Positions 1-15,379 of a stretch of 64,000 nucleotides of DNA are shown here, in pieces; within the stretch, counting starts at the first letter, position 1; each line of letters opens with the position of its first letter. The DNA is taken from the NCBI GenBank assembly GCA_951406725.2, contig OX597839.1, positions 16,120,001 to 16,184,000 of the forward strand, read 5' to 3'. The notes under the pieces are model-generated. The model saw only the letters and a list, made by a program, of their open reading frames with translations. It did not search any database and was not told the origin of the DNA. A program made the position numbers and the translations under genes. This DNA is from Octopus vulgaris (lineage: Eukaryota).

Positions 1-70
1 TGTAAGAATATGAGTATGTATGCACTCATATTTATATTTATATGTAAATTATTTTAGGGTTTGCATTAGA

Positions 71-184
71 ATCTCCGAAGAGGCTGTAAGATATTCTTGT
101 TAATGTCTCATTTATACCTGCATTATATGGCTAATAGGTTAAATGAGACATACCTATCTTCACGGCCGAAACAGCTGTCAGTTA
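71..184 (+). ncRNA. Type-I hammerhead-like motif (U4C variant), related to the 31.4 kb element
   Basis: CCGAAGA-GGCTGT..ACGGCC-GAAAC-AGCT-GTC with extended stem II (TGTCTCATTTA/TAAATGAGACA). Confidence 0.55.
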
Positions 185-1336
185 TAATGTAAATGTATTT
201 TTGTATCTTGTTATATTTATTTAGTTATATCTCACCATATTGTTTGTAATTATTGTACTGTATTAATGTCTAATCTCATTGCTATTGTGTAGTGTTTTAA
301 TAAAGTATATGATTCGGTATTATCTGATAGTTGATGATTGATTTAGATATATTTCTCCATTTTCTCATTTTGTATATATATATATGTGCATATTAAATGT
401 ATCTTATTGTCTCCTACTCTTGACAATTGTAAACGAGTGTTGCTTCCAGGTAAGTGATGTCCTTTTTTTCTAATCTGCTGTGTAATCATGTCTGGTCATG
501 GGGAAATATTACCTTAATTAGAATCAGGTGAGGATTGTTGACAGGAAGGGCATCCGGTCAAAGAAAATCTTCCTCAACAAGTTCTGTTGTACCCATGCTC
601 GTATGAAAAAGTGGATGCTGAAAAGTTCCTGGTTTCAAGGATATTGTGAAAGGCCTGGTTGGAGGCCTAACCTTCCAAGTTCTTTTACAGGGCTGAGAAA
701 AACTGACGGACTGTTGCAGTAAGTGTGTAAATCTGAGAGGAGAGTGTGTTTTAAAAAAATCATAATTAACTGATCCTCCTGTATTTTCTTTTACCCAAAT
801 CAGGAAATTATCAGCACCCCTTTATATGTTTAAATATAAAGACCTGTCTATTATTCTGTATATATCAAGCACATATATATGTTAACATATCAATAAATGC
901 TCTCTTAATCATTCTTTGCGGTTGTGTCTCTTTCTGGCATTTATTTGTTCCATTCAATTTTGCTTTATTGTAAGGGCAGTGTGATGTGGTACAAAAGAGC
1001 CATTCTCGTCACCTCACATCGCACGGCCCTTACATGTTCTTGAGCAAGACACTTTATTTCATGCTGCTGCAGTTCAGTCAGCTGTAGAAATGAGTAGTGA
1101 CATCACTGATGCCAAGCTGTATCAGCCTTTACCTTTCCGTTGGACAACATCAGTGGCATGTACAGGGGAGACTGGTATGCATGGGTGACTGCTGGTCTTC
1201 CATAAACAACCTTGCTTGGACCTGTACCTTGGAAGAGAACTTTCTAGGGGCAATCCTATGGTCCTTCATGACCAAAGGGAATCTTTAAGTCAACAATAGA
1301 ATTAATTCTATATAAATATAAATCCTTCACAGATTT

Positions 1337-1531
1337 GTGCCGGTGGCACGTAAAAAGCACCCACACAACACTCACGGAGTGGTTGGCGTTAGGAAGGGCA
1401 TCCAGCCGTAGAAACATTGCCAGATCAGACTGGGCCTGGTGCAGCCTTCTGGCTTCCCAGACCCCAGTTGAACCGTCCAACCCATGCTAGCATGGAAAGC
1501 AGACGTTAAACGATGATGATGATGATGATGA
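1337..1531 (+). mobile_element. RTE 3'-UTR/SINE-like copy. Other copies: 4548-4822(-), 5760-5955(+), 6253-6565(+), 15380-15729(+), 20575-20910(-), 24989-25240(-), 50549-50990(-), 53070-53399(+), 61330-61940(+)
   Basis: Shared GGAGTGGTTGGCGTTAGGAAGGGCATCCAGC..CCATGCTAGCATGGAAAGC.GACGTTAAACGATGATG consensus; this copy ends 8 nt from the exon 15 donor. Confidence 0.9.
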
Positions 1532-1539
1532 TTCCTCAC

Positions 1540-1613
1540 CTAAATAGACATCTTTCAATCCTTTTACAACAACTTCCACAGGAACATCACTTTCATCTTT
1601 AGTTTCTTTTGAA
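1540..1613 (-). CDS. NCAPD2: NCAPD2 coding exon 15
   Basis: CAG|SKETKDESDVPVEVVVKGLKDVYL|GTGAG, phase 2-1. Confidence 0.75.
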
Positions 1614-4600
1614 CTGCAAAATATTAAATGAAAAGACGATAATAAAAAAGGAAACCACTTAGTTGATATTCAATATAAAAACAACTTTCATGCATTTCAA
1701 AATAAAGGACTCAATCTCTGTTACTGGTTATTTATATATTTTATATTGCAATTGATGAACAATGATGTTGTTGGTTGCAAGTTTCTAACAAACCACTCAC
1801 TGGTTCGACATAATTCAGGTAAGGGAGTGTCTGAAGTCAATGGAGAACAAATATCACAAATGGAAGCACTCCGTCGGTTATGACGACGAGGGTTCTGGTT
1901 GATCCGATCAACCGAACAGCCTGCTCGTGAAATTAACGTGTAAGTGGCTGAGCACTCCACAGACACGTGTACCCTTAACGTAGTACTCGGGGATATTCAG
2001 CGTGACATAGAGAGTGACAAGGCCGGCCCTTTGAAATACAGGTACAACAGAAACAGGAAGTAAGAGTGAGAGAAAGTTGTGGTGAAAGAGTACAGCAGGG
2101 ATCACCACCATCCCTGCCGGAGCCTCGTGGAGCTTTAGGTGTTTTCGCTCAATAAACACTCACAATGCCCGGTCTGGGAATCGAAACCGCGATCCTACGA
2201 CCGCGAGTCCGCTGCCCTAACCACTGGGCCATTGTGCCTCTACAAATATCACAAAGCACTTCATTTGAAAAGCATTTCTTTTACACTTTTACTTGTTTCA
2301 GTCATTTGACTGTGACCATGCTGGAGCACCACCTTTAGTCGAGCAAATCGACCCCAGGACTTATTCTTTGTAAGCCTAGTACTTATTCTATCGGTCTCTT
2401 TTGCTAAACCGCTAAGTTACGGGGACGTAAACACACCAGCATCGGTTGTCAAGCGATGTTGGCGGGTACAAGCACAGACACACAGATACATATATATTAT
2501 ACATATATACAACAGGCTTCTTTCAGTTTCCGTCCACCAAACCCACTCACAAGGCTTTGGTTGGCCCGAGACTATAGTAGAGGACACTTGCCTAAGGTGC
2601 CATGCAGTGGGACTGAACCTGGAACCATGTGGTTTGTAAGCAAGCTACATACCACACAGCCACTCCTACGCCTACTGATGACATTTACTTCATCTACAGT
2701 AAAGTACCTGTTCCTGTCCCTCTATCACTTGACGTAAAGTCTCCTTCCTCAATAAAATACTCCTCCTCAGTTTAGGAGTCTTGTCTTGTGAGTTAATTGG
2801 TGATTTGACTAGTGCCAGTGTCGTGTAACAAGTACCCAGTACACTTTGTAAAGTGGTTTAAAGCGAACACTGGAGTGCAATGCAGTCTTCTGGCTCAACG
2901 GCTCCTGTCCAACTATTAAACCCATACCAGTAAGGAAAGTGGGATCTTTTCGGTTTGAACGGCAGCTTTTAACATAACTTCCACGTAACTAAACACTTTT
3001 AAACTTCGTATTCTGGTAGAATGTGTTTATAAAACATCTTTTTCTCTTGGCTTTATTGAGAAAATTCTATAGTTTGTAAGATATTTGTTGTTTTTTTCTT
3101 CAATTTCTGCAATTTCAACCAATCCATTGAGGTAAAAAACATTCTGTGCCGTATGAATATGTCCCTCATTTAAGAAACAGATTGGGTTTATTTACATTTG
3201 TGAACAAAAAAAAAAAGATACCCTTCCTCCCATCCCTAACCCTAAAATAGATTGAAATGCAATAGATCGATACTAGGGTGACAATTTCATATGATACCGC
3301 TAGAAAAAACTGCCGTTCAAACCGAAAAGTGTACATTAAATGATGATGATGATGTACAATGGTGAAAGGCATAAATACATATATGACAGGCCTTCCACAT
3401 AGTTTCCACCGACCAAATTCCACTAAGGTATTGGGGCAAATTCAGACCACAGTAGAATACACTCGCTCAAAGTGACCTATCCTTCCACAGGATTTAACAA
3501 AGCAAGAATCAGTCACTGAGATGATAGAGTCGATTGAAACAAATTATATCCTCCACTCTGGTACATCATTTCTTTAGCCCTATACCAATATAAGAAATCG
3601 TTCATTATCCCTATTTTACATGCATTTTTATGATACTGGCATGGATGGGTTTTAAAGCATCTCATCATACCAAAAGAAACAAAACAGCCAATATTTGTAC
3701 CCATGGAGGAGGTGGTACCACATAAAAAGCACCCAGTACATACTGTAAAGTGGCTGGCATGAGGAAGGGCTTCCAGCTGCAGAAACCAAGCCAAAATAGA
3801 CCATGGAACCTGGAGCAGTCCTTGGCCTTGCTAGTTCCTGTCAAACCATCCATGGAAAATGGATGCTGGCAGAATCGTAAGCACGCCGGGCGAAATGCTT
3901 AGCAGTGTTTTGTCTGCTGCCACGTTCTGAGTTCAAATCCGCCAAGGTCGACTTAGCCTTTCATCCTTTCGAGGTCGATTAAATAAATACCAGTTACACA
4001 CTGGAGTCAATATAATCGACTTAATCCCATTGTCTGTCCTTGTTTGTCCCCTCTATGTTTAGCCCCTTGTGGGTTGTAAAAAAAAAATAGGTATTTCGTC
4101 TGCCTTGACGTTCTGAGTTCAAATTCCACCAAGGTCGACTTTGCCTTTCATCCTTTCGAGGTCGATTAAATAAGTACCAGTTACACACTGGGGTCGATAT
4201 AATCGACTTAATCCCATTGTCTGTCCTTGTTTGTCCCCTCTATATTTAGCCCCTTGTGGGTAATAAAGAAATAGGATTTCAAATGATGATGATGATGACT
4301 TTGTAGTTTTGCCATGGGTTTACAGTTGGTTCTCCTTCCTATCACCAACCAATTTACAATATGGATCAGAGTATTTTATCATGTGATTGTCACAGGGGAG
4401 ATTGCCTGTGACAAGACTAAAGAAGTCCTTCTGCTTTGTATCAATAATTCAGTCATTGCTCTAACAGACAGGTTGTCTATATTACAGCTTGCTGAGCCCA
4501 CAGCTCTTCCCATATTACTTTATTACTTATCAGTTTATCTCTATTTATCATCATCATCATCATTGTTTAGCGTCCGCTTTCCATGCTGGCATGGGTTGGA

Positions 4601-7600
4601 CGGTACAACTGGGGTCTGGCAAGCCAGAAGGCTGCACCAGGCCCAGTCTGATCTGGCAATGTTTCTACAGCTGGATGCCCTTCCTAACGCCAACCACTCC
4701 ATGAGTGTAGTGGGTGCTTTTTATGTGCCAGACGAGGCTGGCAAACGGCCACGGTCGGATGGTGCTTTTTACGTGCCACCGGCACGGAGGCCAGGCGAGG
4801 CTGGCAACGGCCACGATCGGATGCAAAATGTCTGTGTGTGTGTCCTTTGTACAAATCCACAATTTTTCAGTTAGAGGGCTCGCACTTTCTATGGTCATTG
4901 AAAACCGTCCAAGGGTGGTCGTGCACATCTTTACATTTCCCCAGTCACCCAACAAAGTGATTAAAAAAATCAATAGAAGTGACTTTTTTGTGAATTTTCT
5001 ATCCAAAACCCAATCAAAATGCCCAAAACTTGATACGCCAATTGAATGCCAGCTAGCTGTATGTGATGGTCGGAGATTTGGACTGTACTTGCACATATGT
5101 GTGCATGCATGCAGCTGTATATGCATGCACTAGTACCATGACCTGGCGTTGCCGGGTCATGGTGCCACTAGTACTTAATTCACATAGAATCTATTTTGGT
5201 GACAGAACAAAAGAACTGATTAAATAGAATCTCAGTGTAAGCACAGCAAAAGATGGCAAGCTGGTTGAGTCATTAGCACATTGGACAAAATGTTCAGTAG
5301 AATTTCGTCCAGTTCATTATGTTCTGAGTTCAAATTCCACCATGGTTGACTTTGTTATACTTTCAGGATGGATAAAATAAGTACCAGTTAAATGCTGGGG
5401 TTGGTGTAATGGAATAGCCTCCTATGCCACATTTCAGGCTTTGTACTCGACAAGAAAATTTGTACTTTGAAACGAGTGCTGAGCCTCATAGGGGCTAAGT
5501 GGTTGAGTTCTTTTTGAGTGTTAGGCCTCAAGGAGGCGAGGTGGTTGAGTTCCTTTTGATTGTTGGACCTGACAGAGCCAAGTGGCCGAGTTCCTTTCGA
5601 GCGGTAGGCCTGACGGCAGCAAAGTAGCAGCAGTCTTTTTGAGCATTATGCCTCATGGAGGTGAGGTGGTTGAGTTCCTTCCAAGTGTTGGGCCTCATGG
5701 AGGCAATGACTAAGACCTTTTCACAATATGTTGTGCTTGAGAAGAGGACCCATCAAGCGGTGCAAAATCGCAGTCGTGGCAGATACCGGTGCCACACAAA
5801 TTGGCACCCGTGCCAGTGGCATGTAGATGCACCCTGGTGTCACGCAAATGGCATGTAAAAGCACCCATTACAGCCTTCCGGCTTACCAGCCCCGGTCAAA
5901 CCGTCCAACCCATGCCAACATGGACAACAGACATTAAATGATGATGATGATGATGATAAAAGATGTGCTTATGCAGGCCATAGAAGGACTTGAGGCAACT
6001 TAAAAGTTAGAGGGACTTTACATATGAAATAAAAAATACATACTCATCGGACTGAGGCAAATCCAACACAAACACATCAGGCCAGATGGTATTGGCAGCC
6101 AGCATGTACAAACGACTCTTGTTGTAATCTTTCTCGTCAATAGTTGAAACGATTGTATTCATAATTCTGTAAGAAATGGACATATAAAGTTATAGCAGAC
6201 ATACAGTTGCAAAAGAAATTATATAAAAAACTGTGTTTATATTTACAATACAGACTGGCTTCCGTGCCAGTGGCACGTAAAAAGCACCATCCGAATCGTG
6301 GCCGATGCCAGCGCCACCTTGACTGGCTTCCGTGCCGGTGGCACGTTAAAAGCACCAACCTATCGTGGCCGTTGCAAGACTCCCCTGGCACCTGTGCCAG
6401 TGGCATGTAAAAAGCACCCACTACACTCGCGGAGTGGTTGGCGTTAGGAAGGGCATCCAGCTGTAAAAACACTGCCAGATCAGACTGGAGTCTGGTGCAG
6501 CCTCCTGGCTTCCCAGACCCCGGTTGAACCGTCCAACCCGTGCTAGCGCGGAAAACGGACATATGAGGATGAATATGTCCCTCGTTTAAGAAACAGATTG
6601 GGTTTATTTACATTTGTGAAGAAAAAAAAGATACCCTTCCCCCCACCCCTAACCCTAAAACAGATTGAAATGCAATAGATCGATACTAGGGTCACAATTA
6701 TGGGTGACAATTTCATATGATACCACTAGAAAAAATTCGACATTTATCCAAAGTTCCACACAGTGGGGCTAACCCTGAAAACACATGCTTTTAAATGACA
6801 CAGACAGTACCTAAAAAGCATATGTGTGCCTGCAGAAGAATTGGAATCTGTGACTCAAATTATTTGTGAAGTAACACATAAAAGTCCAATGTCCTTCTGA
6901 CCAAGCTAAACAGGCAAACATGTGTATATGCCTATTCCCTTCACCATGTCACACAAGTAATAAGATATTATATTAATTCTCACCATATCTTTCTACAGCC
7001 CTCACTCTTCTAAGCAGTTCTTATCAGATATGTTGGTATCTGGTATAGTACGTGATAACTTTTGAGACATTTATTGTGGTCACACGTGTATATATATATA
7101 TATATATACAAGCTGAATGGAAGTGTTTGATGTACACTTGTTCATATATCTACATACATCAGAGTGTGCTGTATGTTAGCTGTTAACCCTGGTGAGAAGC
7201 TTACGAACAGCGATGTGTTAGAACCAATGCAGTGTGTTGGTGCTGTGTAGATGTTGTTGATGTTGGTGAGAGACATCATGGTGGCAATACAGATGGAGGT
7301 TGCTGCAATGTGGTCAGTGGTTAGACCTTAGAAAGTCTGGAACTAACTGACATTGAGACTAGAAAGAGGTGAGCTTTTATAGTTGGTGGTAGGCTCAAAT
7401 TCTTGCTTGGAACAGACTGTCTCATGTGACTTATTTGAAGGCTGCGATTGGTTGGGTTGCATATTGGCGCGCGATAGAGTAAGAGACAAATTGCACCAAT
7501 ACCAAGCAATCGGAGTGGTAGACATAACAGGGTCCAAAACACCATCTAAAGGTTAACCGCTACCGGCTACGTTCGTATGTATATAATACAAGAGAGGAAG

Positions 7601-10600
7601 CTCACTAGAGTTTGCTACAGTACCATACTTCCTGTGCGGCACACCATCACCCTACCTCCTTATGTCAATTTTTACTGACATCCATTACTCTCTTATTATC
7701 ATCTACCTCCACAACCAATCACTACGGTATGTTTGCGCATGCACGCGCACGCACACACACACACACACACACACACGCATGGCAGGCTTCTTTCAGTGTT
7801 CGTTTGCAAAATCCACTCACAAGGCTTTGGTAGACCTGAGGTTATAGTAGAAGACACCTGCCCATGCTGCCATACAGTGGGACTGAACCTGGAACCATGA
7901 GGTTGGGAAGCAAACTTCTTACCACACAGCTACACCTGAAAATCTGATAACAACACATTAACCCTCACCGCACTGATTAAATGTTTGTTAGGGATGTAAC
8001 ACACTAATCGTATGCAAATCAGTTCTTGCAACTGCTTTCTATTGGCCAGTAAAAATAAAATATTCATACTATATCATATGAAATGTGGAGAATTCCAGAA
8101 AATACCACACAATCAAAAACGTGTTAACTCACTTCCTCTATCTGAAGCACTCGGGAACTGAGCATACTGGATTCTCGCACAATAAGGGTTAATAAAATTC
8201 CTACCACTTCTATAGGCTTACCTGTCTGAAGTGTCATCGTCACCAATTATATCTTCATAGTCATCAGGAGACACAGAAGAAAGTTCCTCAAAGACTTCCA
8301 TCATAGCATTTTCATGACTTGACCATTTCTCCTTCATAAGTACCAGATCAGGATCTGAAGATAATAAGAGAGGTAGAGGGTAAGAAAAAAGGTTCAAAGG
8401 TTTTTAGTTATTTATTTTGATTAAGAATCTGTAATATTATCAAAAATGGCTGTTTATTTAGTTATCTTTTACTTGATTTAGTCATCAGACTGTGGCCAAG
8501 CTGCAGTACAGCCTTTCACAGTTTAGTCAAACAAATCAAACCCGAGTACTTACATTCTTAAAATCTGTTACTTATTCTGCCCATCTCTTTTGTCAAAATT
8601 GCTAAGTTATGGGGATGTAAACAAACCAACGCAAGCATAATATATATGATGTGCATCCACACATTTTCTGTCTTTTAAATTCACTCATAAGACATTAGTC
8701 AGCCCAGGGCTATAATAGAAGACACTTGCCCAAGGTGCAGTGCAGTAGGACTGAACCTGAAACCAGGTGGTTGCAGAGAGAGCGTCTTAACCACACAGCC
8801 ATGCCTGCACCTGTTTGTTCCTTCTTGAGCCACGCCTAGCTCATAAGGGCCGGTTTCCCGGTTTCTTGGCGTATAGATTCCCCACCTGGACGGGACGCCG
8901 GTCCGTCACAGGTGAGCTGCATGATGCAGGAGGAAAGAGTGACGAAAGAGTCAGCAGAAGTTCGCCATTAACTTCTACCGGAGCCGCGTGGAGCTTAGGT
9001 GTTTTCACTCATAAACACACACATCACCCGGTCTGAGATTCGAACCCGCAATCCCTCGACCACGAGTCCACTGCTCTAACCACTAGGCCATGTGCCTCCA
9101 CCTATCAGAATATGTAATATAATTTAGCAATATCAACTACATATCAGTCTATCTGTCAGTGTAATGGCCAGCAGCAAAGTCTTTGATCACATGTTAACAA
9201 AATCAATGCAACATATTCTGAATAATAGCTCATAACAACTGCACTGCAGTGAGTACAATGGAGTCTTGCAGAAGATTGAAACGTGGCACATTAATATCAT
9301 TTTAATATCCCAATTCCACCCGTCTAACACCCGTGGACATATTTACAAAGTCAGAAAACAGCACAGCTCCCATGACTTTAGGAAACATTTTTTCACGCTG
9401 AGAGTTGCTGAAGCATGGAACAAACTGCTGGCATCAATTGTTAGTTGTCGGAGTACTGCATCCTTCAAAACTTCCACGCTTTCTGAGATTCACCAACACT
9501 ACACCTGATTTTCTCCCCTCCATACACACGCAAGCATGTATCTGACTCATACATTTTTCGCTTTCCAGACATTTGTACATTACTGCATATACTTTATACT
9601 CTGACAAGTCGTGGTGCACCTGAGCAATGTATACAATAATTTCATTATTATTATTATTATTATGACTGCAGGGTCAAGGTTTATTGAAGACATTTTATGG
9701 CCAGATTCCCTTCCTCTTGTCACTCCTCACATGTTTTCAAGTAAGTTGATATTTCCCTTCAACCAGACATGTTGTCTCAGAAGACGAAGAATACTGCTTA
9801 TATGATGATGGTACCTCAACTAATTCTTGCTGACCCATGCTTTTGGCTACAAAATTTAGTTTTAGAAACATCTTTCTTTTATCAATTATAGTTATTATAG
9901 AAAAAGGTATACTAACCTTCAGATGAACTATTTTCTTCCAACATTTTATCAAGTTTCTCTTTTTCTTGTCTGTAACTTTCAATCAGATCTTCATATTGAA
10001 GCTATAAATAAAATAAGCTTAAAATATAGTGACTGTAAGTGAGAATAAGTTCTACTGTTTCATCTCAACCAAGTAGCACATCACCAGATTAGAAAATAGT
10101 TTTTTTTATCAAGCTTAAAAAAAAAAAAAAAAGTTACTTTGAGTGTTATTTAAGTGAAAGAAATAAAAGAAACGATTACTTAAGTACTGAATTAACAATA
10201 TTCCTCCTTGTCTTAGAAATGATTGTCTTTGGGGATCTGCTGCTTTAGAGTTTATCATTTTTAAGGGTGTATCATCATTATTATTATTCTACACTAGCAG
10301 TATCGCCTGGTGTTGCTCAGGTTTGTACGGGAAATAACTATATAAGCATTTTAGAGAGTTACTTCCCTTATATAATAGCAAAAAAAATGCATTAAAAATT
10401 ATGGTAAATTTTTTTTAAAAATCGTAGACTCATCATAGATGTGCACTAACACCCAGAAGGGCTCGATATGAATCACGACTATAAGATACCCGCTTTTGGT
10501 TAAACTGCACCGCAAAATGTGGGAGTAGTTAGGAATCTAAATCGTAGGAGACAGACACTCACACAACTTCACTTTTATATATAAAGATTAGCTTTCCTTG

Positions 10601-13600
10601 CAAGTGTGGACTGGACAAGATGTCACTCTCAGAAGTTATTGTCCTCCTAGATGGCTTGGAAAATCCTGTTTCACTTGTACAATTCATATTACACGTAGTT
10701 TTTATGGCTAGGATGGGCCTGTAGTTGCTAATCACTTTATAAAGGGCACTAGGGGTATTTTACTTGTGAGATGTCTTTTTGCTCTATAAGATCAAAAACG
10801 ACCTCACTACTTTATGATGTGCTTGCGTACTCAAGACAACACAATTGTAACAAGATGAGAGTTCAGGAACACTGGAAGGGGTGTCTGGTCTTATCTTGTC
10901 ACATACAAGTTGAAGAAAAGGAACCAAAATCCGTCTGTCTTCAATAACAATAAATAGTAGTTTATTCTTCGGGTTCACAGGTAAAATATATACATATATA
11001 TTTCTTAAGGGCAAACCGGCAGCCAAATCCACAGGACTGTACACAAATGTTCACTCGGGTAAGCCAAGAAGATACGGTGTTCATTCCTGTTTCGAAGAGA
11101 GAACTTGTTAGGGCTGCTCTTCTAAAAAGACCGATTTTAACGGGGACGCTTTCAGGTTGCAGTTCCTGCGCATGAGGGAACTTCCGGCGGCCTACCAGAA
11201 GTAATCCAATTCTGCGCATGCACGATGAAACTTGCACAGTAGCATCACTACACAATCAAGAAGGCAAAAGGGCAGATGGGGGGAGAGAGAGAGAGAGCAA
11301 TAACAGTAGAAGAACCAGAATGCTCAGGTGAATGGCGCAAGTATATCTTCATCATTTTAACGTCTATTTTCCCATGCTTGCACAGGCCAGACTTTTCTAG
11401 AGGTAGATTTTCAATGGAGAAGCAGGCAAAGTTGCGAGTGAGGCAAAGGTACTTTGCCTGCTTCTCCCCCTCATTATATTCTTCTTTCCTTCTACCTTCT
11501 CACACTGTTTCTCCAACCACATCTTGATCATGTATGAACAGCATTTAATCCCATGTTCCAAATCACTTGCTGCTAATTCTTTTTAATTTGGAGGATGCAC
11601 AGCTCTACTGTCTCAATAATTTCTCTCCTCTCAACCTTTTCCCTAAAGAAAGACTGTCCAAAACTTTTCTATTCCATACAAGTTTACTGTACTTTTCATT
11701 GATGTTACTAATTAACCTAAATCTTGACGATAAAGATCAATGCCAGCCCCTTTGGAGTCCGTCTGATCATACATACATACATACATACATAAGGCGGTGA
11801 GCTGGCAGAACTGTTAGCACGCCGGGCGAAATGCGTAGCCGTTATGTTCTGAGTTCAAATTCTACCGAGGTTGACTTTACCTTTCATCCTTTAGGGGTCG
11901 ATAAATTAAGTACCAGCTATGCACTGGGGTCAATGTAATCGACTTATCCCTTTGTCTGTCCCCACTGTGTTTAGCCCCTTGTGGGTAATAAAGAAACACA
12001 TACATACATACATATACACGACAGTCTTCTCAAAGGGTTCTGTCTACCAAATCCACTTACAAGACTTTGGTCAACCCAGGGCTAGCAGAAGACACTTGCC
12101 ACAGGTGCCATGCAATGGGACTGAATCTTAAACCATGTAATTGAGAAGTGATGTTCTCACCATAGAGCCATACCTGCACCTGGCAGACAATAATGCTAGA
12201 ATTTACTGCAACTGGTGTTTACTATTTTGGAGTTGCTTAGTCTTGAAAGACCTGCAAAAATCATCCTCATCATGGAAAATGTTCCTACCTTCAGGCTCAG
12301 CAAGTAAAAAGTAATATATAAAAAAAATGTGTATGGTGGTGGTGGTGGTGGTGGTGGAGGGTCTAGTTCTAAACCATATCTTATGCTATAATATCCCAAA
12401 AAGTTCATCTAGTCTGATCACTGATGCAATCAATATACTCTGTCTCTACTGGAAGTCAGATATCTGCCAGCTCTTATAGGCCTAGGGAAGGAAGTTTTTT
12501 CTCCTTGCTCCTTCATCCAAATTAATTAATCAATGCAATATTTTCCATTTCTTAATTACATTCCTTCATCAGTTAACAAACAGTAAAACTTGAACAAAAA
12601 GCAACTAAAATGGAAGAACCCTATTTTAATGATAAAGTAGGGACCTGACAAACACAAACCTTATGTGCAAAGGGATTCATCTGGAGCAAAGCAGTCAAAA
12701 GCTGAATGGAATAGCGCCGGACATTAGCTGCTTTATCATTCAAACGACCCACTACAAGACCCGTGAGTTCTTCTTGATGAGATAATGGTAAACACTGAAA
12801 AAGAAAGGTTTGTTTGGTTTTATATTTCTTCCAAAATAGAAACATGAAATAAACTATATCAAATAAAATAACAGTAAACAAAACGATACATTTTCCATAA
12901 ATCATCGTTTTAACATCTCCTATTTCATGTTCGCATGGGTCAGAAGTAATACGTTGAAGCAGACCTTTTACAGCTGGATGTTCTTGCTGTTGCCTAATGA
13001 CACCCATTTCCAAGCAATGTAATACTTTCTCCCAGGTTTTTATGGAAGATTGCAAACAAACAACTCTTCTTGCAAACCAGGGACATATGTTTATAATTAG
13101 CATGCAATTCAACTTCAAGCTAAGGGCACACACATAACTACAATAAGCTTCTTTTCAGTTTCCATCCACCAAATTCACTCACAGAGCTTTGGTCAACCTG
13201 GCACAATAGAAGACACCTGCATAAAGTTCCACACAGCGGGACTGAAACTAAAACTATGCAGTTATAAAACAAACTACTTAATTATGCAGCCATAGTTGCA
13301 CATAGTTACAGTTTACCAGAACCAGGAAAAGTTATTAGAATTTTGAGACAACTATCACAGAATATTGTTGTATTTAGAAATGGTCATTTTGCCAGTTTAG
13401 CCAATAAAAACACACGCACTATGTATTTGGTGTTACTTTGCTTCAGCGTTATTTATTTTTTACATTAATCTTAATCTTATTTCAGCCAGAGTTCTTTCGT
13501 CACATTTCTGTGACCTCATCAGTGGTCCTTTGCTTTCTTCTTTCTTATTTGTGTCTCTCCTTACTTAACGGTCAGCCATTTTGTATTTTGTATTCCTATT

Positions 13601-15341
13601 GTATGTGTCTTCATTTGCGCATGTGTATACCTCTATGTGTGTCTATGTTTAGTTAGTGTGTGGGGGGGGAGTGCATGTAATATTTGTATCTTCTGTTTAT
13701 ATACGTTCGTGTAATTTGTTTTTGTTTTTGTGTATTTTTATTTTGTTCATATGTTTACACCTAATTATTATTACTTTTAATGTATATAGTTATTTACTTC
13801 CATTTGATTATTTATTTGTGTATTTTATTATTATGTTTTTAGTTTTGTTTATAGTGTTACCAGTTTATGGGGATCTTCTTCTGTCATATGCCGTGGTGTG
13901 TGCAAGTGTTCCATTCCAGTTTCCTATTCAGGCTAGGTTTATCTTCTATTATATGTATAGTTTTTATAATCAGCATAGTCACATCACTGAAGACTGAGTC
14001 TTTGGGTATGACTGAGCCACATTTTCAGGAATATCATCATCATCGAGTTCACTCTGCCAGGGATGGTGATATTTCCCCCATGGCCAAGCATGTTCTCACA
14101 CAACACTGCAAACGAGTGACACTGCTTGCATGACAGTCACACTCATTCACAGACACCAAATCTATTTATAAGGCTGTGGTCAGCCGAGGGATATAGTAGA
14201 AGACACTTGCCTCCGAGATGCCACACATGGAGACTGACCATGAAGTGAAGAAACTTCTTAACCACACAGCCACACCTGCACCTATGATACAAATGACTGG
14301 TTTGCCGTCAGTTATGGTGACAAGGGTTCCAGTTGACCGGACCAACAGAATAGCCTGCTTGTGAAATTAATGTGCAACTGGTTGGCCACTCTATAGACAT
14401 GTGTACTCTTAACATAGTTCTCAGAGAGATTCAGTGCGACACAGAATGTGACAAGGCAGGCCCTTTCTGAATTACTGGTACAATTAATTTTTGCCAGCTG
14501 AGTGGATCTGGAGCAACATGAAATAAAGTGTCTTGCTCAAGGACACAACACATGGCCGGGAATCGAACTCACAATTGTAAGATCTTAAGTTGAATACCCT
14601 AACGTCTGAGCCAAATGCCTTCACATTATATAGATATACGAATAAAAAATACATATATACATATACAAATAGATTATATACATACATTCATATACACAAC
14701 CCTGTGAATGCAGACTCCAATACGAGAAAACAAATAATTAGGGTGGAAACAAAAACAATAACTGACCTGCTGTTGGACAATCTCAAGCCAAATCTGTAAA
14801 ACTTTACTTCTTACGAAAGCATGCACATCGTGGACATGGTCCTAGAAATAAACAAATGTTGATGGTTTAGTTGGAAGTTTTGAAGTCATGGGTTGTTAAG
14901 CATTTACTCCTCTGCAATTGTAAAATGATTGAGTGTTATGTGTGCACACACATTTAAATTTACCTATACACATACATGTTACACCCCATAATCACACTGC
15001 ATATATTTGTCATACTGCCATACTCAGAGTCACAGACACACACACACATATATATACATTCAAAATGTGACCGCGTGTGTACCGTTGGCGATTTTTTTCC
15101 CCTCTGTTTTCCCTTCTCTGGATCTTTCCTTCTCCTATATTTCCGACGAAGAGCTCTGCTCGAAACGTTAAACCCTCCTTCTTTCCTGAGCGTCCAATAA
15201 TACTATATTTGTTCCAAGTCCTCGCATGTTTTTTTATGCTTTCTTGTTTGGATTAACTTTATATATATATATAGCTGGGTATGTGTGACTTGTGCAGATG
15301 ATTCAATATATCATCATCATTAAACGATGATACATACCCAG

Positions 15342-15379
<38 letters not shown>

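Noticed and set aside
3232-3246. Interstitial telomere or telomerase template (CCCTAA)n, also at ~6646 and ~24209
   Set aside because: Only 2-3 units, at the same position within a TIR MITE family
4314-5133. Overlapping 139-186 aa ORFs, and similar FLQLDALPNANH-containing ORFs elsewhere
   Set aside because: Translations of the non-coding RTE 3'-UTR repeat and adjacent elements
7186-7222. CTGGTGA..CGAACAGC hammerhead-like remnant
   Set aside because: Two core lesions and weak stems; cannot be supported
10897-11254. Solo LTR (TG..CA, AATAAA on the minus strand); a similar candidate lies at 38196-38744
   Set aside because: No convincing target-site duplication and no second copy in the window
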